DNA of 64,000 nt from Candidatus Nanohaloarchaea archaeon (GCA_041639695.1 JBEQBQ010000004.1:1-64000); one strand, 5' to 3'. Counted from the first letter of the stretch, positions 49,931-59,610 are shown. A program made the numbers and translations. Notes: generated by a model from the letters alone, not told the origin.

Positions 49931-50509
49931 ATGACTGATGCTTACTCGGACGATGATATCTCTTATGACGAAACTCTAGACGCAGTAGTCGCCTTAGACG
50001 GCGGACCTGAAGCAGAACACTACAATACTCCGGATGGTGTGGTAGTAACTGATGAAGGAATAACTGAGACTGTACAAATGCTCTTTGAAGATACCTCTGA
50101 TGATAGAAGGACTAATGCACTTGAGATTGGTGAAAGAGGGGGATTCTCTCTACAGACGAACAAGGTTAATGAAGTTCTTAATGAGAGAACCGGCACTAAA
50201 AATGCAAACTTTGATCATCTGAAGTCTGCTGCTTATGAGCTTGGAGTGGCTTTGAAAGGAATTTCTAAGGCCTCGAATACTCCTGGAAGCCCTGATTTCG
50301 AGGGGATGGCTGATTATCTTGCTGAGAGTGCGGGTAGAGAACTGGGCTCAGCATATTCTTCTGACAGAAGGGTGGCAGAAAAGACGAGGAAGGTTCAAGA
50401 AGGAATTAAAACTGGAACTCAAGAAGCTTTGGATTATATCGAAGACCAAGATCTTAATCTAGAGGATTTCAGAGAAGAAAGGTCTGAAGGTTTCCTAAGT
50501 TTTCTCTGA
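49931..50509 (+). CDS. Hypothetical acidic protein
   Basis: 192-aa ORF between grpE and dnaK on the opposite strand. Confidence 0.7.
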   Translation: MTDAYSDDDISYDETLDAVVALDGGPEAEHYNTPDGVVVTDEGITETVQMLFEDTSDDRRTNALEIGERGGFSLQTNKVNEVLNERTGTKNANFDHLKSAAYELGVALKGISKASNTPGSPDFEGMADYLAESAGRELGSAYSSDRRVAEKTRKVQEGIKTGTQEALDYIEDQDLNLEDFREERSEGFLSFL

Positions 50510-51013
50510 ATTTTCTTTATTTTTTCTTGCTGAAACTACCACTTCGGCCTCTCTCAAAACCTTGTCACCAAACATGTACCCCTTCCGCTTCTGCCTTAGT
50601 ACTTTGTTCTCCTCTTCATGCTCTTCGGTATCCACGGCTTTATGCAGTCTTGGATCGAACTCTTCGCCTTCAGCATCGATTCTTTCCAGACCTCTCTTCT
50701 CCAGCTCGTCCATTAACTGGTCGGCAACCATCTTTACTCCCTGTAAAACGGTAGAGTCTTCGTTGGCCGAGGCAATCGCGCGCTCAAGGTTATCCATCAC
50801 CTGTATCAGGTCCTCGGCAAGATCCTCTCTAGCTCTATGCTGCCATTTCTCCTTCCTTTCGTCCTGTTTCTTCTTGTAGTTCTCGAAGTCCGCCTTCACC
50901 TTTTTGGTTTTCTCCTCCCATTCACTCTTTTCCTGTTCTAGTTCATCCACTTCTTTTTCGAAGGTTTCTAGGGCTTCCTCAAGTTCTTCGCGCGAAAGGT
51001 TTTCGTATTCCAT
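50495..51013 (-). CDS. grpE: Nucleotide exchange factor GrpE
   Basis: ADFENYKK, DNLERA, FDPRLHKAV, KGY...VLR.A.VVV; ATG at 51013. Confidence 0.96.
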   Translation of the reverse strand: MEYENLSREELEEALETFEKEVDELEQEKSEWEEKTKKVKADFENYKKKQDERKEKWQHRAREDLAEDLIQVMDNLERAIASANEDSTVLQGVKMVADQLMDELEKRGLERIDAEGEEFDPRLHKAVDTEEHEEENKVLRQKRKGYMFGDKVLREAEVVVSARKNKENSEKT

Positions 51014-51096
51014 CACGTAAAGTTGGCGGGCTCTCAAGCTTTTAACTCCCGGCCAAGATCGACCTTTTATGAAGGTACGGTAAGCTATACTTCTCC

Positions 51097-51414
51097 GTGG
51101 CCGACAAAGCAGATACAGAACAGCTTGAAGAAAGCCTTCAGGATGGTGAAACACAGGTTCTGGATGTCAGGGATGAGGAAGACTTTTCACAGGCCCATAT
51201 ACGTCATGAAAACGCCACAGTTCTGAATGTTTACTACAAAAAGTTTGCTTTCCAGCCTGTAGAGAAACTTATGGAAGAATTTTCTAAGGAAGAACCGGTT
51301 TACGTAGTGTGCTGGGAAGGAGAATCAAGCAAGAAGATCGCCGAACTTTTGAGGAAGAAAGGTTTCGACGCCAGAAACATTAAAGGCGGGATGGAAAGCT
51401 GGAACAGCCTCTGA
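51097..51414 (+). CDS. Rhodanese-like domain protein
   Basis: LDVR...F...HI, VVCWEGESS, IKGGMESW. Confidence 0.9.
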   Translation: MADKADTEQLEESLQDGETQVLDVRDEEDFSQAHIRHENATVLNVYYKKFAFQPVEKLMEEFSKEEPVYVVCWEGESSKKIAELLRKKGFDARNIKGGMESWNSL

Positions 51415-51419
51415 ACTTT

Positions 51420-51554
51420 CTAGAACTCTATTTCTTTATCTAAACCGTAAAGGCCGAAAAGAGCAAACAGTCCGTAAAGCCCTGGCTGGTTGGTAACTGT
51501 TCCAAGGACTCCTAGAACGCCAAGAAACCCGAGATTCGAAAGGTTGAATTTCAT
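51420..51554 (-). CDS. Small membrane protein (DUF3796-like)
   Basis: MKFNLSNLGFLGVLGVLG...YGLFALFGLYG. Confidence 0.6.
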   Translation of the reverse strand: MKFNLSNLGFLGVLGVLGTVTNQPGLYGLFALFGLYGLDKEIEF

Positions 51555-51629
51555 GGAAAAATATTGCTCTTCCAGATTTGAAAAGTTGTAGTGTAAAATT
51601 GATATACTTCCTTTGTTAAGAAACTCCGT

Positions 51630-52100
51630 ATGGGCGACGAACATCCTTTCGTAGATGAGGAGGCAAGAACCTCTACAACCATAGTTACAAAGCATTCTAT
51701 TGCGATTCCGGAGGACGAGCAGAAGTTCAAGAAAAGCGAGAGGGCGTGGAACTGGGAAAAGATCGTCGACCTTTTCTTCCCTCAGGAACAGAGCCCTAAG
51801 AGGAACAAGTACGCTAAAATATTCCTGAGAGAGTTGAAGAGTGAGGGCGAGATCGATTCGGAGAAGCTCAACGCGTTCGACGAATGGGGTCACGAGAAAG
51901 GCAAGTCCAACCTAAAAAACAATATATTGCCTAAATTGAGGCGTCTTGGCGTTATAAAGTACGAGTACCTCGAGTACAGAGGTCCGAGAGAAGGTAAGAA
52001 GGGCCGGAGAAAGGTTATTAAGCCGGCGAGAAGCTTCACCTCGATTCTTGACTCGATGGCGAATGGCTGGGCGGCGTTTGAATCGGCTTCCATGGAGTAA
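51630..52100 (+). CDS. Hypothetical protein, possible winged-helix DNA binder
   Basis: ILPKLRRLGVI recognition-helix/wing pattern. Confidence 0.65.
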   Translation: MGDEHPFVDEEARTSTTIVTKHSIAIPEDEQKFKKSERAWNWEKIVDLFFPQEQSPKRNKYAKIFLRELKSEGEIDSEKLNAFDEWGHEKGKSNLKNNILPKLRRLGVIKYEYLEYRGPREGKKGRRKVIKPARSFTSILDSMANGWAAFESASME

Positions 52101-52121
52101 AAAGAGAAGAGAGGAAGGTTT

Positions 52122-52540
52122 TACAGGGAGATTTTGCCCTGTAGGCCGGAGTTTAGAGACAAAAATACTAGTATAGGTAACAATAGGCTCCGGCTATGGG
52201 AGCGCTCCCTGCTTAAAGTGCGGTCGCTGTCAAAACCGTTGCTTCCTGCGAGAGTTCTGTCTCTGCCCGATTATTGTGTTCGTGTGTGGCCTGAAGCTCG
52301 GTTTCGAAGTGCTTTGCGTTTGCGTCTATTGTAGGCACCCTGTTTGATGGTTCTGTGTTGATCTGGAGGTTGAATATGTTCCGGGAACGTACTCCACCCT
52401 TGCCAGGCAGAGCACGTTCTTTAAGGAAAGTCCACAGGTGTAGGAAGCGGCAGGACGTTTCCTCAGAGTTTTTTGGTGTTCGCGGTCGGCGTGACTGGCC
52501 TCATCATCGAGGCCAAGGCGTCATCCCGCTCTACTCTGCC
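52122..52540 (-). ncRNA. Large structured RNA with internal tmRNA-like tag frame (class unresolved)
   Basis: TTAAATA at 52553-52547; stems with G-U pairs on the minus strand; AAUAGAC-GCA-AAC...GCA-CUU-UAA frame 52323-52213; terminal hairpin then pyrimidine tract. Confidence 0.65.
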
Positions 52541-52670
52541 AGGAAATATTTAATAGTAGAGAAGGCCTTGGCCCTGATAGAGGTATAGCTAACCGGTCCC
52601 ACATGCATGGTCCAGTTGGTATTCAGGGCCGTACTCATAGTTTTTCTATCAAAGTGTTGGGTAACGAGTT

Positions 52671-53435
52671 TTATAAGTCTTCTGCCGAATCCACGTAAGG
52701 TCTAAAGAATTCGCGTGTTAGGCGCTCATGAACCATTTCAAGCAACTGTTCGAGATTGACTGCATCGTAACGGTTATATTTCACAAGTTTCTGCAGAGCT
52801 TCCTCATCACCTTTCTCGTACCGTTTCCACAGCCGAACAGCTTCTCTTCCGTCGACATCTTCAAGCTCCCTCTCGATACCTAGCTGTTTTTCGATCTTCT
52901 TGAGTCCGCCGGACATTCCCAGGCGTTTACAAGGATACCGGAGATCGATATGAGGCTTCTCTATATTCATGTCGTAGCTCTTTTCAAGAAAGGGAACGTC
53001 GAACATCTTTCCGTTAAATGAGACAAGTACTGAGGATTTCTGGATCTCCTGCTTCAGTCTTTCACGTGTAAGGTCTTGTCCTCTTACAAGAACTTTTGAC
53101 TCTCCAGCACGATGAATTCCTACAGTAGTGACCTTGTTCTTCTGCTTATCTAGTCCTGTGGTTTCTATGTCGAAGAAACAGGCGTTTTCCTGAAAGTTCC
53201 TGTAAATTCTCCAAGATTCTTTACTTGGCATCTTCTCCCCAAAGAAATAGCTGTTGTTTACCTCTAGGTTCTGCCTTGCTTTCTGTACGAAAGAAGTTAT
53301 GCGGTCTTTTTTAGCATCAGAAATATTTGAGGTGTCTTCTACGTGGTCCCAGTGGGTTATTCCTTTCTTCCAGAGTTTCTGCTCTGTTTTTTCTCCTATT
53401 CTAGGTATTTGGATAAAGCTGTTCTCCAGCCTCAT
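52671..53435 (-). CDS. RNase H-like DEDD exonuclease (YprB/RNase_H_2 family)
   Basis: FFDIETTGL, SFNGKMFDVPFL, HIDL, GGLKKIE, YNRYD. Confidence 0.9.
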   Translation of the reverse strand: MRLENSFIQIPRIGEKTEQKLWKKGITHWDHVEDTSNISDAKKDRITSFVQKARQNLEVNNSYFFGEKMPSKESWRIYRNFQENACFFDIETTGLDKQKNKVTTVGIHRAGESKVLVRGQDLTRERLKQEIQKSSVLVSFNGKMFDVPFLEKSYDMNIEKPHIDLRYPCKRLGMSGGLKKIEKQLGIERELEDVDGREAVRLWKRYEKGDEEALQKLVKYNRYDAVNLEQLLEMVHERLTREFFRPYVDSAEDL

Positions 53436-53471
53436 AGAATAAAGAAAGAAAAAGTAGAGTTAAAAGTTGAT

Positions 53472-53669
53472 TTACTGCGACGCTTTGATGTCGTCAGCCT
53501 GCACCGTCTTTCGGCCAGCGTGTCCTGCGAATTCCTTCGCATCACGCGCTCTGTCCTCTGCGTAGTCTTCTAGCTCATCTCTGAGTTCTTCTACTGCGTC
53601 TTCTGAGACTCTGTGAGCGCCTGCCTGCTTGATGATCCTCTTAACAGGTGCAAGTGGTAGTTCTGCCAT
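53472..53669 (-). CDS. Archaeal histone (HMf family)
   Basis: [11 protein letters not shown]...RVSEDA...HAGRKTV..DDI. Confidence 0.97.
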   Translation of the reverse strand: MAELPLAPVKRIIKQAGAHRVSEDAVEELRDELEDYAEDRARDAKEFAGHAGRKTVQADDIKASQ

Positions 53670-53909
53670 GTGTTTTTCACCTCCGTATCTAGTACGTAAA
53701 CCTTTGTATTAGAAAGATACTCTACGCCGCCTTATAAATATAATCGTGGTTTAGGAAGTTGCTATTCCTGATCTCCGATATCTCCACGTGGCTTTCTAAA
53801 TTCGGCCCGGTCTCGAAACATCAAAAACCTGTGGGCTTCTCCACAGTACTTCATGGTATTCGAGAATCCGGGTCTGACACCCGAACCATGAAAATCAAGA
53901 AAAAAGGGT

Positions 53910-54566
53910 TTAGAGCTGCTTTAGCTCGACCTCAAGTTCTTCTCCGAACTCGGCAACAGCGTAACGTCCTTCCATTACAGGACCCGGATTTACTACATGA
54001 GTTCCCGAAAGCTCATGTTCTCCCCAGGACTCATGGATATGCCCGGTAAGAACCAGTTCAAAGTCTTTCTCCTCGATTAGACTTCTTACTTCCTCGCTAC
54101 CTACGTGATCGCCTTCAACCACATCAAGGTTTGTCCCTGCAGGAGGCATGTGTATAACCGCCACTTTCGTGTCGGACTTCATTCTGCCGTAGAGTGTTTC
54201 TACAGCATTAGATATCTCCTCGCCTGTAGGCTCGAAAGGCGTGTCAAATGGTGTCTGACCTCCGCCAAACCCTACGGCCTCGAACTCCTCGAAAGCCGCA
54301 ATCTTCTTGTGGATGTTCATCCTTCTCTCAATAAGATTTCGTACACAGACCTCTTCAAGATCCATATTACCGGGAACTGCTTTAGCCATGTTACCCTGTT
54401 TCTCGAAGGCCTCAAGAACCTGTTTCAGCTTCCCTTCATAGTCGTCAAAATTGTTGGCGTCGGATAGATCTCCTCCGCAGAGAAGAGCATCAAAACTTTC
54501 CTTTTCGACAATTCTCTCAAGTTTTTCGACATCTCCATGTATGTCAGTTACAAGTAGGACTCTCAT
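53910..54566 (-). CDS. Metallophosphoesterase (calcineurin-like)
   Basis: DIHG, GGDL, PGNMD, HMPP, GHIHE. Confidence 0.93.
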   Translation of the reverse strand: MRVLLVTDIHGDVEKLERIVEKESFDALLCGGDLSDANNFDDYEGKLKQVLEAFEKQGNMAKAVPGNMDLEEVCVRNLIERRMNIHKKIAAFEEFEAVGFGGGQTPFDTPFEPTGEEISNAVETLYGRMKSDTKVAVIHMPPAGTNLDVVEGDHVGSEEVRSLIEEKDFELVLTGHIHESWGEHELSGTHVVNPGPVMEGRYAVAEFGEELEVELKQL

Positions 54567-54648
54567 ACAGGAAGACGCGAGCTCTGAGGTTTTAACTCCT
54601 TGTGGTCTTCTAGGGCTTACTTAACTCTGCGGCCGAAAAAAAAAAGAC

Positions 54649-57600
54649 ATGGAACTTGAAATCCGGATAGCAGACGTCGACTACAGAACTGATGACGAGG
54701 AAGTAACTGTTAGGTGCTTCGGTAAAACACCTGAAGGCGAGAACGTACTGCTTCTGGACCATGATTTCCTACCCTATCTTTATGCGGTGCCGGTTAAGGG
54801 AGCAGATATCGATAAACTGGAGGAGAAAATAAGGGAAAAAGATTTCGAGGAAGAAGGAGAACCTCTTCCCGTAGAAAAAGTTGAGAAAAAGGAAATGCTG
54901 GATCTGGATGAAGAAAAACAGGTTCTGAAAGTTTACTCCACTATTCCGGCCAAAATACCCAAATTGAAGAACAAGCTATGGGACTTGGAAAGGGTAAGTG
55001 AATGCAGGGAATTCGATATACCGTTTTACAGGCGTTACTTGATCGATAAAGGAATTAGACCGGGAACTTTACTGACTGTTAGAGGGGAGGATGTAAGTAA
55101 TGAAGAATTTGACCATGCCCTAGAGCTTAACGAAATTGTTGATGTGCCGGAAAAACAGGTTGAGAGCGATTCTCCATCCGAAACCGGGGAACCCGGCGGT
55201 TTCAACTGGAAAACGTTTGCGTTCGACTTAGAAGTCTACAAAGACGAGATAATAATGGCTTCAATTTACGGAGAAGATTTTACCAAGCTTCTGACAACAG
55301 AGGATATAGAAAGGGAGTTTGTGGAGGTTGTAGATAGCGAGAAACAGCTGATTGAAAGGTTCGTTGAGATAATTAGAGACGAAGATGTTGACATTCTCAC
55401 AGGATACAATACCGACGAGTTCGACTTTGATGTGATGCGTGAAAGATCAAACGAACACAATATTGAACTTTCGCTCGGCCGCGACGGCGAACGCATGAAG
55501 TTCAACCGCAGAGGCCGTTTCAAAGGCGCCAGACTAAAAGGCAGGATGCATCTTGATCTCTACCCCTTCGTCGAACATATCATGTCCCAAGGTCTCGATT
55601 CCGAGACACTGGACCTTGATTCGGTTGCTGAGGAACTTCTGGGAGAGAACAAGGAGGACATGTCCTGGGAGCGGATGAAAGAGTCCTGGAAACAAAAGAA
55701 AGATCTGGAAGAGTTCGCTGATTACGCTCTGAAAGACTCGGAGCTCGCCTTCAAACTAGCTAAAGAACTTGCTCCGCAGGTACTCGAACTCTCAAGAATC
55801 GTAGGCCTAATCCCTTTCGATGCATGCAGGCTTACATACGGCCAGTTAACGGAGAACTATCTCTTGAGAGAGGCGCATGAAAGGAGCATGCTGGCAAGGA
55901 ACCGTCCTTCGCAGGACGCAAGATCGAAGAGAAGAAGGCAGGGGACTTACTCCGGAGGCTTTGTATATACGCCGGAAGCCGGCCTCTACAAAGACATCGC
56001 TCTATTTGACTTCAAGTCGCTATACCCAACAGTAATGGTTGCGCACAATATCTCTCCTGACAGTTTAAACCTTGAAGACTGTGAAAATATTCTAGAGCTA
56101 GACGAGTTCGAGCACGAGTTCTGTCAAGACAAACAAGGGTTCTTTCCCGAGCTTGTTGAGGGCCTCGTAAAAGATAGATCCGAGATTAAGCAGAAGATGG
56201 CGGAAACAGATGATGAACAAAAACTTCAAGAACTTGATAACCGCCAACAGGCCGAAAAAATACTTGCAAATTCGTTCTACGGCTATCTTGGTTATAACGG
56301 CGCAAGATGGTATTCAAGAGAGTCTGCAGAGGCTACAACATATCTAGGCCGTAAACATATCCAGGAAACTATCGAGTTAGCTAAGGACGAAGGCTTTGAA
56401 GTTGTGTATGGAGATAGTTTAGATCATTCCCGTCAGATTGTAGTCCGCAGTTCTGAGGGCGAGCTCAAGTTCATGCGTATAGGGAGATTTGTGGAAGACA
56501 TAGAGAATCCTACTGATTATGAGACGTTGGCTTTTGATATTGAAAATGAGAGTGCTGTCTTTAAACCTGTCAAAAAAGCAGTAAAACATGATTACGACGG
56601 AGAGATGGTTAGATTTGATACCTCTCGTGGAAGAACCAAGGTTACGCCGCAGCATTCAGTTTACAAATTTGAAGATGGTAATATTCAGCTTGCAGATGCA
56701 GACAAGCTTCAAGAAGGAGATAAGCTAGTATCACTATCAGATACTCCGGCTCAAGAAAAAGTCGCTTTCCATAAGGGCGATATCTTGGACCTTACAGAAC
56801 TCGAACTTAGTTCAGACATGAGAGCTTACATAGACAAAAAGAGATTTCCGGCCGAAAGAGGCAAATGTCCTTATTGCGAAGAGGAGTACTTTCTTTCCTC
56901 GCACGTTCATGCTAAACACTCGGATAGGAAGGTGGAGCTTGGTAAGGTTAAAGATAAGCATAAATTTATAGGAGCCAAGAATGCAAAAGCTGGAAGAATA
57001 CCTCGCTATTGGGAGTTGTCAGAAGAATTTGCTTGGGTTCTAGGTTATTTTTGCGGCGATGGGTCGGTATCTTACGGTAAAAAACAGATGATCTCTTTCG
57101 GAGGCCAAAAAAGAGAACTAATAGATAAAACGAAGTCATTTTTTGATGAAAAATTGGAGGATAACCTGAAGATAATCGAGGATTTAGACGAACGAACAGG
57201 AAACAAAATGTATTACTACAGAGTTCAGGGAGAGCCTATAGCGGAGTTCTTCGTTGAAGGTCTTGGTATCGGCAAGGGGTCTGAAACAAAGAGAGTACCG
57301 TCAATAATAATTAATGCAGATAGGGAGCTAAAGAGTGCGTTTATAGAGGGGTACACCGATGCGGATGGGTCTGTAGAAAGTGACGTTGATGAACGATATA
57401 ACTCTGAGAGCGTACGATATTCATCCAAAAGTTCATTCTTATCTAACCAAGTTCAATATATTCTCAAACAGATTGAAAACGGAGAAAACAGGTACGGCAG
57501 AAAAATTAACGATGTTTCCTATAAGTATCGAGAAGACAAACCCAAAATAAAATCTATTAGGACTACAGCCACTCAGAAACCGGTTTATAATGGATGGAGT

Positions 57601-58401
57601 TTTACACCTGCAGAGATAAATAACAAAGTCAAGGTAGAGCCGGAGAAGGATAGAGTATATGATATAGAGGTTGAAGGACACCATAACTTTGTAGACGCAG
57701 AAGGATTGATGCTCGTACATAACACCGATTCGGTATTTCTCAGAGGCGAAAACATCAGGCAGAGAATGGACGGATTTCTTGATGATGTGAATGAAAGGCT
57801 TCCAAGATTTATGCAGCTTGAATTCGAAGGTTTCTTTACCAGAGGGTTTTTCACGTCCACAGACTCGGGTGAGGGGGCTAAGAAGAAGTATGCTCTGTTG
57901 TCGGAGGATGGTTCTATGAAGATAACAGGTTTTGAGCAGGTTAGAAGGGATTGGAGCCCTATTGCGAAGAAGACGCAGAAGGAGGTGCTCCGAAAGGTTC
58001 TGGAAGATGAGGTTGATGAGGCGGCCGAGCTTGTCAAAGATACTGTGACGAAGCTTCAAGAAGGCGAGATAGATGTGGAGGATCTCAGAATTTACACTCA
58101 ATTGACAAAAAAGCCTGAAGAGTATGATTCTACTGCGCCGCACGTTGAGGCCGCAAAGAAGGCCATGAAACGAGGCGAAGAGATTTCTCCGGAGGATACC
58201 ATAAGCTATGTTATTACAAGGGGTGGCGGCAATATTTCGTCCAGAGCAGAACTTCCAAAGTATGCTGATAGCTATGATTCAAGCTACTACATCGATAATC
58301 AGCTTATACCTGTAGCTATGAGGGTTCTGAAGGTTTTTGGATATACTGCGGACCAGTTGAAGGGAGAAGGGAAACAGAGCGGTCTAGGCAGGTTTGGTTA
58401 A
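54649..58401 (+). CDS. polB: Family B DNA polymerase with one intein
   Basis: Exo FDLE, DFKSLYP, KILANSFYGY, YGD/TDS split by intein, KKKYA. Confidence 0.98.
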   Translation: MELEIRIADVDYRTDDEEVTVRCFGKTPEGENVLLLDHDFLPYLYAVPVKGADIDKLEEKIREKDFEEEGEPLPVEKVEKKEMLDLDEEKQVLKVYSTIPAKIPKLKNKLWDLERVSECREFDIPFYRRYLIDKGIRPGTLLTVRGEDVSNEEFDHALELNEIVDVPEKQVESDSPSETGEPGGFNWKTFAFDLEVYKDEIIMASIYGEDFTKLLTTEDIEREFVEVVDSEKQLIERFVEIIRDEDVDILTGYNTDEFDFDVMRERSNEHNIELSLGRDGERMKFNRRGRFKGARLKGRMHLDLYPFVEHIMSQGLDSETLDLDSVAEELLGENKEDMSWERMKESWKQKKDLEEFADYALKDSELAFKLAKELAPQVLELSRIVGLIPFDACRLTYGQLTENYLLREAHERSMLARNRPSQDARSKRRRQGTYSGGFVYTPEAGLYKDIALFDFKSLYPTVMVAHNISPDSLNLEDCENILELDEFEHEFCQDKQGFFPELVEGLVKDRSEIKQKMAETDDEQKLQELDNRQQAEKILANSFYGYLGYNGARWYSRESAEATTYLGRKHIQETIELAKDEGFEVVYGDSLDHSRQIVVRSSEGELKFMRIGRFVEDIENPTDYETLAFDIENESAVFKPVKKAVKHDYDGEMVRFDTSRGRTKVTPQHSVYKFEDGNIQLADADKLQEGDKLVSLSDTPAQEKVAFHKGDILDLTELELSSDMRAYIDKKRFPAERGKCPYCEEEYFLSSHVHAKHSDRKVELGKVKDKHKFIGAKNAKAGRIPRYWELSEEFAWVLGYFCGDGSVSYGKKQMISFGGQKRELIDKTKSFFDEKLEDNLKIIEDLDERTGNKMYYYRVQGEPIAEFFVEGLGIGKGSETKRVPSIIINADRELKSAFIEGYTDADGSVESDVDERYNSESVRYSSKSSFLSNQVQYILKQIENGENRYGRKINDVSYKYREDKPKIKSIRTTATQKPVYNGWSFTPAEINNKVKVEPEKDRVYDIEVEGHHNFVDAEGLMLVHNTDSVFLRGENIRQRMDGFLDDVNERLPRFMQLEFEGFFTRGFFTSTDSGEGAKKKYALLSEDGSMKITGFEQVRRDWSPIAKKTQKEVLRKVLEDEVDEAAELVKDTVTKLQEGEIDVEDLRIYTQLTKKPEEYDSTAPHVEAAKKAMKRGEEISPEDTISYVITRGGGNISSRAELPKYADSYDSSYYIDNQLIPVAMRVLKVFGYTADQLKGEGKQSGLGRFG
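56416..57723 (+). mobile_element. Intein (436 aa) with LAGLIDADG homing endonuclease
   Basis: YGD|SLD...VYDIEV..HNF...LVHN|TDS; LGYFCGDG and FIEGYTDADG blocks. Confidence 0.95.
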
Positions 58402-58437
58402 GCTACTTTTAAACCAAGAAGTTTTACAGTCTAATAC

Positions 58438-59583
58438 ATGGTTCTGGGCTTTACCGGATTTGCAGCGAACGCCGTTATAGGTTTTCTATCGATTATTTTT
58501 CTGGTGTTCGGTGCTGACAAAGTTGTTGAAAAGATGCAGGGTGTTGCAAAAGCTTTTGGAGTCTCAGAATCGGTAATTGCGGTTTCAATAGTTTCTCTAG
58601 GAACAAGCCTTCCGGAGCTTGTACAGCACGTAGTAGGGTCTCTTAGAATCGTTTCAGAGTTTGGCTGGCTTGAATCGGGCCTTACTTCGATCAACTGCGC
58701 TAATGTCGCTAACACTTACTGCGATATATCCTCTTACGTACTTGGAAACAATATTGGCTCCGATGTTATACAACAAACTCTTGTTTTAGGTCTTGTAATC
58801 ATAGCTGCAGCTTGGATGAAAGGCAATAAAGAGTTCAGGTTTTCCAAAAAATTCCTTCTAAGGGACTACGCTCCTATGATGGGTACAACGCTCCTAACGT
58901 TCTTGCTGGCATGGGATGGCGCGCTTTCACGTATCGATGGCGGTATTCTTTTGAGTTTCTTCGTGGGCTACATGTATTATCAGTATACTAAAAGAGAGGA
59001 GAAGCTTGAGAGGCAGGGGGATGCCGAACCAAGCAAAAGACCATACTTTGATCTAGTTCTAGGACTACTATTGATGGGGGTCGTTATTACCTCCGCAGAT
59101 ATATTCCTTAGGGTTGTGGAGATAGGTATTGCGGCCACAGGCCTAAGTGGATCTATGATAGGCGTTATTATCGGCGGTGTTGTTTCTGCCTTACCTGAAA
59201 TGACCACAGCTATACAAGGCCTTAGGCAGGGTGCTGAAGGCATATCTCTAGGAACGCTCATAGGTTCAAATATACTAAACCCATTACTCGCCATAGGTGC
59301 GGGTGCTTACATTTCGACATACGCCGTTCCAAGGCCTCTCGTGCTCTGGGATCTGCCTATGGAGACGATTACTGCCGCAATACTGCTTACATACCTGTTG
59401 AATAAGGATAGGATAGGCAACATGCTTGCGGGGCCAGCCAGAAAACTTGGGAGGGAAGGCCTCGCGCGAAGATTTGAAGGCATGGAGGATAGAACGCTTA
59501 CGATCTGGGGCTCCTCTCTGCTTATCGGGATGTTCGTCATCTATGTGGTGGTACGCTGGACCGTCTTCCCGGCCGACTTTTAA
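58438..59583 (+). CDS. Sodium:calcium antiporter (CaCA/YrbG)
   Basis: Alpha repeats GTSLPEL...GNNIGSD and SALPEM...GTLIGSN. Confidence 0.93.
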   Translation: MVLGFTGFAANAVIGFLSIIFLVFGADKVVEKMQGVAKAFGVSESVIAVSIVSLGTSLPELVQHVVGSLRIVSEFGWLESGLTSINCANVANTYCDISSYVLGNNIGSDVIQQTLVLGLVIIAAAWMKGNKEFRFSKKFLLRDYAPMMGTTLLTFLLAWDGALSRIDGGILLSFFVGYMYYQYTKREEKLERQGDAEPSKRPYFDLVLGLLLMGVVITSADIFLRVVEIGIAATGLSGSMIGVIIGGVVSALPEMTTAIQGLRQGAEGISLGTLIGSNILNPLLAIGAGAYISTYAVPRPLVLWDLPMETITAAILLTYLLNKDRIGNMLAGPARKLGREGLARRFEGMEDRTLTIWGSSLLIGMFVIYVVVRWTVFPADF

Positions 59584-59610
59584 GTTTTTCATTTTTTAAC
59601 CTAGTCTGGT

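Noticed and set aside
51630-52100. SmpB partner for the tmRNA-like RNA
   Set aside because: Size is similar, but there are no SmpB motifs and the pattern looks winged-helix
52122-52540. RNase P RNA (GAGGAAA.GUCC-like motifs on both strands; GGCAGAG start)
   Set aside because: The two motifs are the arms of one local hairpin, and I could not build P4 with an ACAGAA...GGCUUA 3' partner. Not fully excluded without a covariance-model search.
52406-52540. 5S rRNA or SRP RNA
   Set aside because: No CCGAAC loop and no SRP helix-8 motif found
57439-58143. Long antisense ORFs here and opposite dnaK, rpa and the giant gene
   Set aside because: Shadow frames of well-supported genes, with Ser/Phe/Leu-rich mirror composition
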